Shown here piece after piece: positions 63,085 through 64,000 of a DNA stretch of 64,000 nucleotides. Positions within the stretch are counted from its first letter, which is position 1; each line of letters opens with the position of its first letter. The notes under the pieces are model-generated. The model saw nothing but the letters and a program-made list of their open reading frames with translations. It ran no database searches and was not told the DNA's origin. A program made the position numbers and the translations under genes. Source of the stretch: Torpedo marmorata (taxonomy: Eukaryota); the NCBI GenBank assembly GCA_977017645.1, contig OZ360253.1:35712001-35776000 (forward strand), read 5' to 3'.

Positions 63085-64000
63085 CTTTTTTTATTTTATT
63101 TAAAATTTTTAAATCACACATTACAGAGTTTAAAATGCAAAATTATCAAATTACATGTGATACATTTTCACCCCCCCTTCCCTCCCTCCCCTCCCTAACC
63201 CTCCCGAAAAAAAGAAAGAAAGAAGAAAAAGTTAAAGTAAGGAGAATGTCACTCTAAACAAAACAACTATAAACTAATTTTATTGTGGAACACAGGTTCG
63301 CTAGTCAGATCCAATATCCGGAGATCTTCAAATCCTTAAACCGACAGTTTTTATATATGGGCTCCATATTTTCAAGAAGAAATGATATTTATTACGTAAA
63401 TTATAAGTAATTTTTTCAAGTGGTATACATAAACGCAATTCTGCATGCCATCTTTCTAACCCTAAATCTACATCCGATTTCCATGTAATAGCAATACATT
63501 TCTTAGAAACAGCTAAAGCAATACGCAAAAATTCTGTTTGATACATATTTAATTTCATTTTAACACTGATTCTTTTAATATCTCCAAACAAAAATATCAT
63601 AGGATCCATTGGGAGTGTAATTCTTAATACTTTATCTAAAAACTTTTTAACTTTCAACCAAAAATCATATATCTTTGGACAAAACCATGTAGAATGTACA
63701 AAAGAACCTTCCTCTCTATTACATCTAAAACATAAGCCGGATAATGTTGGATTAAATTTCTTTAATTTTTTAGGTGTTAAATATAATTGATGAAAAAAAT
63801 TATATTGCACCAATCTATATCTAACATTAATAATCTTCGTCATACTTTGTTTACATAATTCGTTCCAATGTTCTTCATCTATTGTTACGTTCAAATCTGT
63901 TTCCCAATTTAATCTTGATTTATGAATTCCTGGTTTAGGCATTTTCCTCTGTAACAATCTATACATTTGAGAAATAAATTTATTAACACCTCCATTAGTA
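63085..64000 (-). mobile_element. L1-clade LINE ORF2 C-terminus and 3'UTR (continues beyond the window)
   Basis: ORF 63328..63966 with CFRCNREEGSFVHSTWFC zinc knuckle; paralogous to the 52906 element. Confidence 0.9.

Overview
Vertebrate genomic DNA, most likely a cartilaginous fish (inferred from HE1-type V-SINEs and the accompanying CR1, Penelope and L1 repeats). The + strand carries the 3' part of myosin IXA (MYO9A). I traced 25 GT-AG coding exons between 1150 and 58102 that splice in phase (about 1,800 codons). They encode the end of the motor domain, six IQ motifs, a long tail, a C1 zinc finger, a RhoGAP domain and the C-terminus ...GNNEFMV*, followed by a ~2.6 kb 3'UTR. Introns are packed with V-SINEs, CR1, Rex/Babar-like and L1/Tx1 LINEs, Neptune-type Penelope-like elements (PLEs), hAT and Tc1/mariner MITEs, two solo LTRs and a Helitron remnant beside a 190-N gap. 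Most notable: (1) a family of PLE terminal repeats carrying minimal hammerhead ribozyme motifs with stem I covariation, often as fold-back palindromes with target-site duplications (TSDs); (2) two candidate frame-preserving microexons (18 nt, 33 nt) flanking a 54-nt cassette just after the RhoGAP domain. All calls come from reading the sequence; no searches were run.
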